Shown one piece after another: positions 61,820-64,000 of a stretch of 64,000 bases of DNA (position 1 is the stretch's first letter; every line of letters starts with the position of its first letter). Source of the stretch: Hydrolagus colliei (lineage: Eukaryota); the NCBI GenBank assembly GCA_035084275.1, contig CM068746.1, forward strand, positions 29,140,001 through 29,204,000, written 5' to 3'. Both the position numbers and the translations under genes were made by a program. The notes below the pieces were generated by a model. That model saw only the letters and a program-made list of their open reading frames with translations, was not told the origin of the DNA and made no database searches.

Positions 61820-62055
61820 GTAATAATAATAATCCCTGCATTTGATGTATCTCTACACATCTCAAAGCCCTTCACAGAATATACTGTAAAGTGAATTGAC
61901 TGTTTATTTGTGGGCGAAACATGGCAGCTAATTGAGCACTGATGTCCCATAAACAGTCGTGGATTGAGTGATCAAATGATCGTTGTTTATTTTTATGTTT
62001 TTCTTGATGGATTATTATCAGGTGTAGAGTAAGGAAAGCTGCCCATGATTTTGTC
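61820..62055 (-). mobile_element. SINE body and tail, head missing
   Basis: taataataataatccctgcatttgat...cttcacagaatatactgtaaagtgaattgac...gtaaggaaagctgccc. Confidence 0.75.
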
Positions 62056-62559
62056 CTGCTGGGAGAGAGGTCGAATGGAAGAGCTGGGTAGGAGGTCCTT
62101 GTCTCAGTATAGAATTCCAATAGTGTAGCCACTATCGTGTAACTGTTTGTACTGTTATAGTGGCTCCTCAATCCTCTCACAAGTCTCCTCATAAGTGGAC
62201 AAGACTGACTTACTGAGGGTTAGCTATTGTTTTTCACACTTGGGTGGCAGTTAAGGTGAATCAAGTGGATTCAGCAGCCTCGAGTGAGGTGGGGTAAATC
62301 AAATCATCTAGGATTCTTGCTTGTAACTGTCAAGCAGTGAGTGTTGCTTAAAAGTCCTTGGGTATCTCATTTCTTTGATGTGTTTGTGTGACACACACAA
62401 ATATATCTATCTGGTAAAGTTAAACTCAAACTTAGTTTGACTGACAACACCTGTAAAGGTTTGACAAAATAATGGTCAGCTCAAGTGGGCAACATTGTAG
62501 AGACAAATAGATGCAGGCACTGAGCAGGACATTAGATGAAAATAGTATAGTTTTCAAAT

Positions 62560-62912
62560 CCCTCCACTCCTCTGCACCCCTCTAGCTCTCTAACCTCTCT
62601 CCTCACAATAGTATCTGTTGCCTTCACTCTACTGGGTCTGGTCTCCTCCTTGTCCCCCAAATCTTCTGTTCCACCATTGGTAGCTGTGCCTTCAGCCAGT
62701 ACGCCTTGAAGCTCTGGAACTCCCTAGCTTACTCCCTGCCTCGCCCCCTCCTTTTCCATTTTCAGGTCATGCCTGAAGACTTTTCTGTTCGACCATGCTT
62801 TTGGTCACCTTTTTCTCCCTTCTCCTGACTCGGCCGTGGGTTCCACTTTGTGAAGCACTCTAAGACGCCGTCTGGTGTGGAGGGCACTATATAAATCCAA
62901 GCTGTTGTTGTT
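62560..62912 (+). mobile_element. L2 LINE 3' fragment (older)
   Basis: TIGSCAFSQYALKLWNSL..FQVMPEDFSV-like coding remnant; tail gggcactatataaatccaagctgttgttgttg. Confidence 0.7.
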
Positions 62913-63078
62913 GAAAACAGTGGAGCATAAATGCCTGATAGGATTTTGGTTGGTTGTAGCTGGTGTACGGCTGGTCCTGGAGGTTATCTTACTAGAGTTG
63001 ACAGTGATGATATCCCTTTGTGATTTTGATGTCAGCCCAATACTGTAGATCTTTTCATCAGATCACAAGTTAGTCTTA

Positions 63079-63450
63079 ACAACAACAACAACAAATTGCA
63101 CTTATAGAGCGCCTTTCATGTCGGGAGGACGTCCCAAGGTGCTGCACAGGAGGCGTGTGACCCGAGCTGGGAGGGGAGTGTTCGGGAGGGGGTAAAAAAT
63201 GTAGGGGAGGTCGAAAAAGTAGGTGGGGAACAGAAGGCACGGTCGAAAAGGAAAGTCTTCAAACCGGCCTTGAAAGAGGAAAGGGAGGAAACAAGGCGGA
63301 GGGATTGGGGGATGGAGTTCCAAAGGGTGGGAGCGGAAAAACTGAAGGCCCGGCCTCCGATGGTGGGGCGGTTCGGGCAGGGGGCTTGGAGCAAGCCAAG
63401 TCCTGCTGAACGGAGGGTCCGGGTGGGCTTGTAGGGGGAGAGTAGGTCGG
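63079..63450 (-). mobile_element. L2 LINE 3' fragment (young, CpG-rich)
   Basis: TIGGRAFSFSAPTLWNSIPQSLRLVSSLSSFKAGLKTFLFDRAF is the canonical L2 ORF2 end; (CAA)n tail. Confidence 0.88.
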
Positions 63451-64000
63451 AAAGATAACATGTTTAGAATTGTGCAATGCTAACGGCAGAGCAACTGTAC
63501 ATTGAAACACTGTTAAATGTTGTTGTATTTGTCTAGCTATGACAGTTCAATGCCTCAGGGATTTATTTTTCAGAGTTATAAGTTGAGGACATTTTACCAC
63601 TTCCAAGCTACATTGATGAGACAGAATGGCTCCCACTCCTTTGGCCCCCACCCTTATTGAATACTATCCCAAGCTCACATGCAAGCCCTCAACAGTCCAA
63701 CATCTTGGAATGTCCTCCTTCCATGAAAGGATGTTACATAAATGCAACTTGTTGTTGTGTGTATGGTTTGTGAATAAATTAAAAGAGGATATCTGAACGA
63801 GGGAGATAGAATTCTGAAGAAAAGCAGGTGAGATTTTAATAAAATAAATCCAAGAACTGTACTTGAGGCCTGGAAGCAGGGATGGACTGGTGATATGGGA
63901 AAGTGGGAAATTTGTTGAGTACTGTATACCCGTTAATGGTTCCCAGATGCTCCTGGCACTGGCTTCTGATACTTACCACCCCATGCAGCTGAATTCTATT

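Noticed and set aside
323-63510. The many 60-190 aa ORFs in the supplied track
   Set aside because: Apart from those overlapping CNTN1 exons, the transposase and LINE remnants, they are chance frames or translations of SINE/low-complexity sequence (e.g. recurring YIKCKDYYY from the SINE tail).
1-64000. CRISPR arrays, operons, rRNA or other prokaryotic systems
   Set aside because: No regularly spaced repeat-spacer array or dense coding; the window is vertebrate intron/exon DNA.

Overview
Eukaryotic, repeat-rich DNA; the repeat content suggests a cartilaginous fish, possibly a chimaera (inference). The window holds the last seven coding exons of a contactin gene on the + strand, best read as CNTN1: FNIII domains 2-4 plus the GPI-anchor signal. 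The exons are 1839-1909, 4352-4586, 10647-10750, 20138-20324, 21188-21300, 24301-24460 and 47545-47627. All introns are GT-AG and all phases join in frame. A ~2.5 kb repeat-poor 3' UTR candidate and ~14 kb of apparently intergenic sequence follow. The 23-kb last intron carries a near-complete 4.0-kb CpG-rich hAT transposon (30352-34370) with 16-bp TIRs, an apparent 5-bp TSD, and a transposase broken by one stop codon plus small in-frame deletions. The rest is tRNA-derived and Deu-type SINEs, L2/CR1/RTE LINE fragments, a Penelope-like fragment with a decayed hammerhead ribozyme, and two MITE families. I found no clearly new biological system. The best leads are the atypical hAT, an unexplained 81-bp intronic inverted repeat, an RGD motif in FNIII-2, and inverted SINEs flanking exons D-F. 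Almost all ORFs in the supplied track are spurious. Comparisons with human proteins and repeat consensuses are from memory, and repeat boundaries are approximate unless TIR/TSD-defined.
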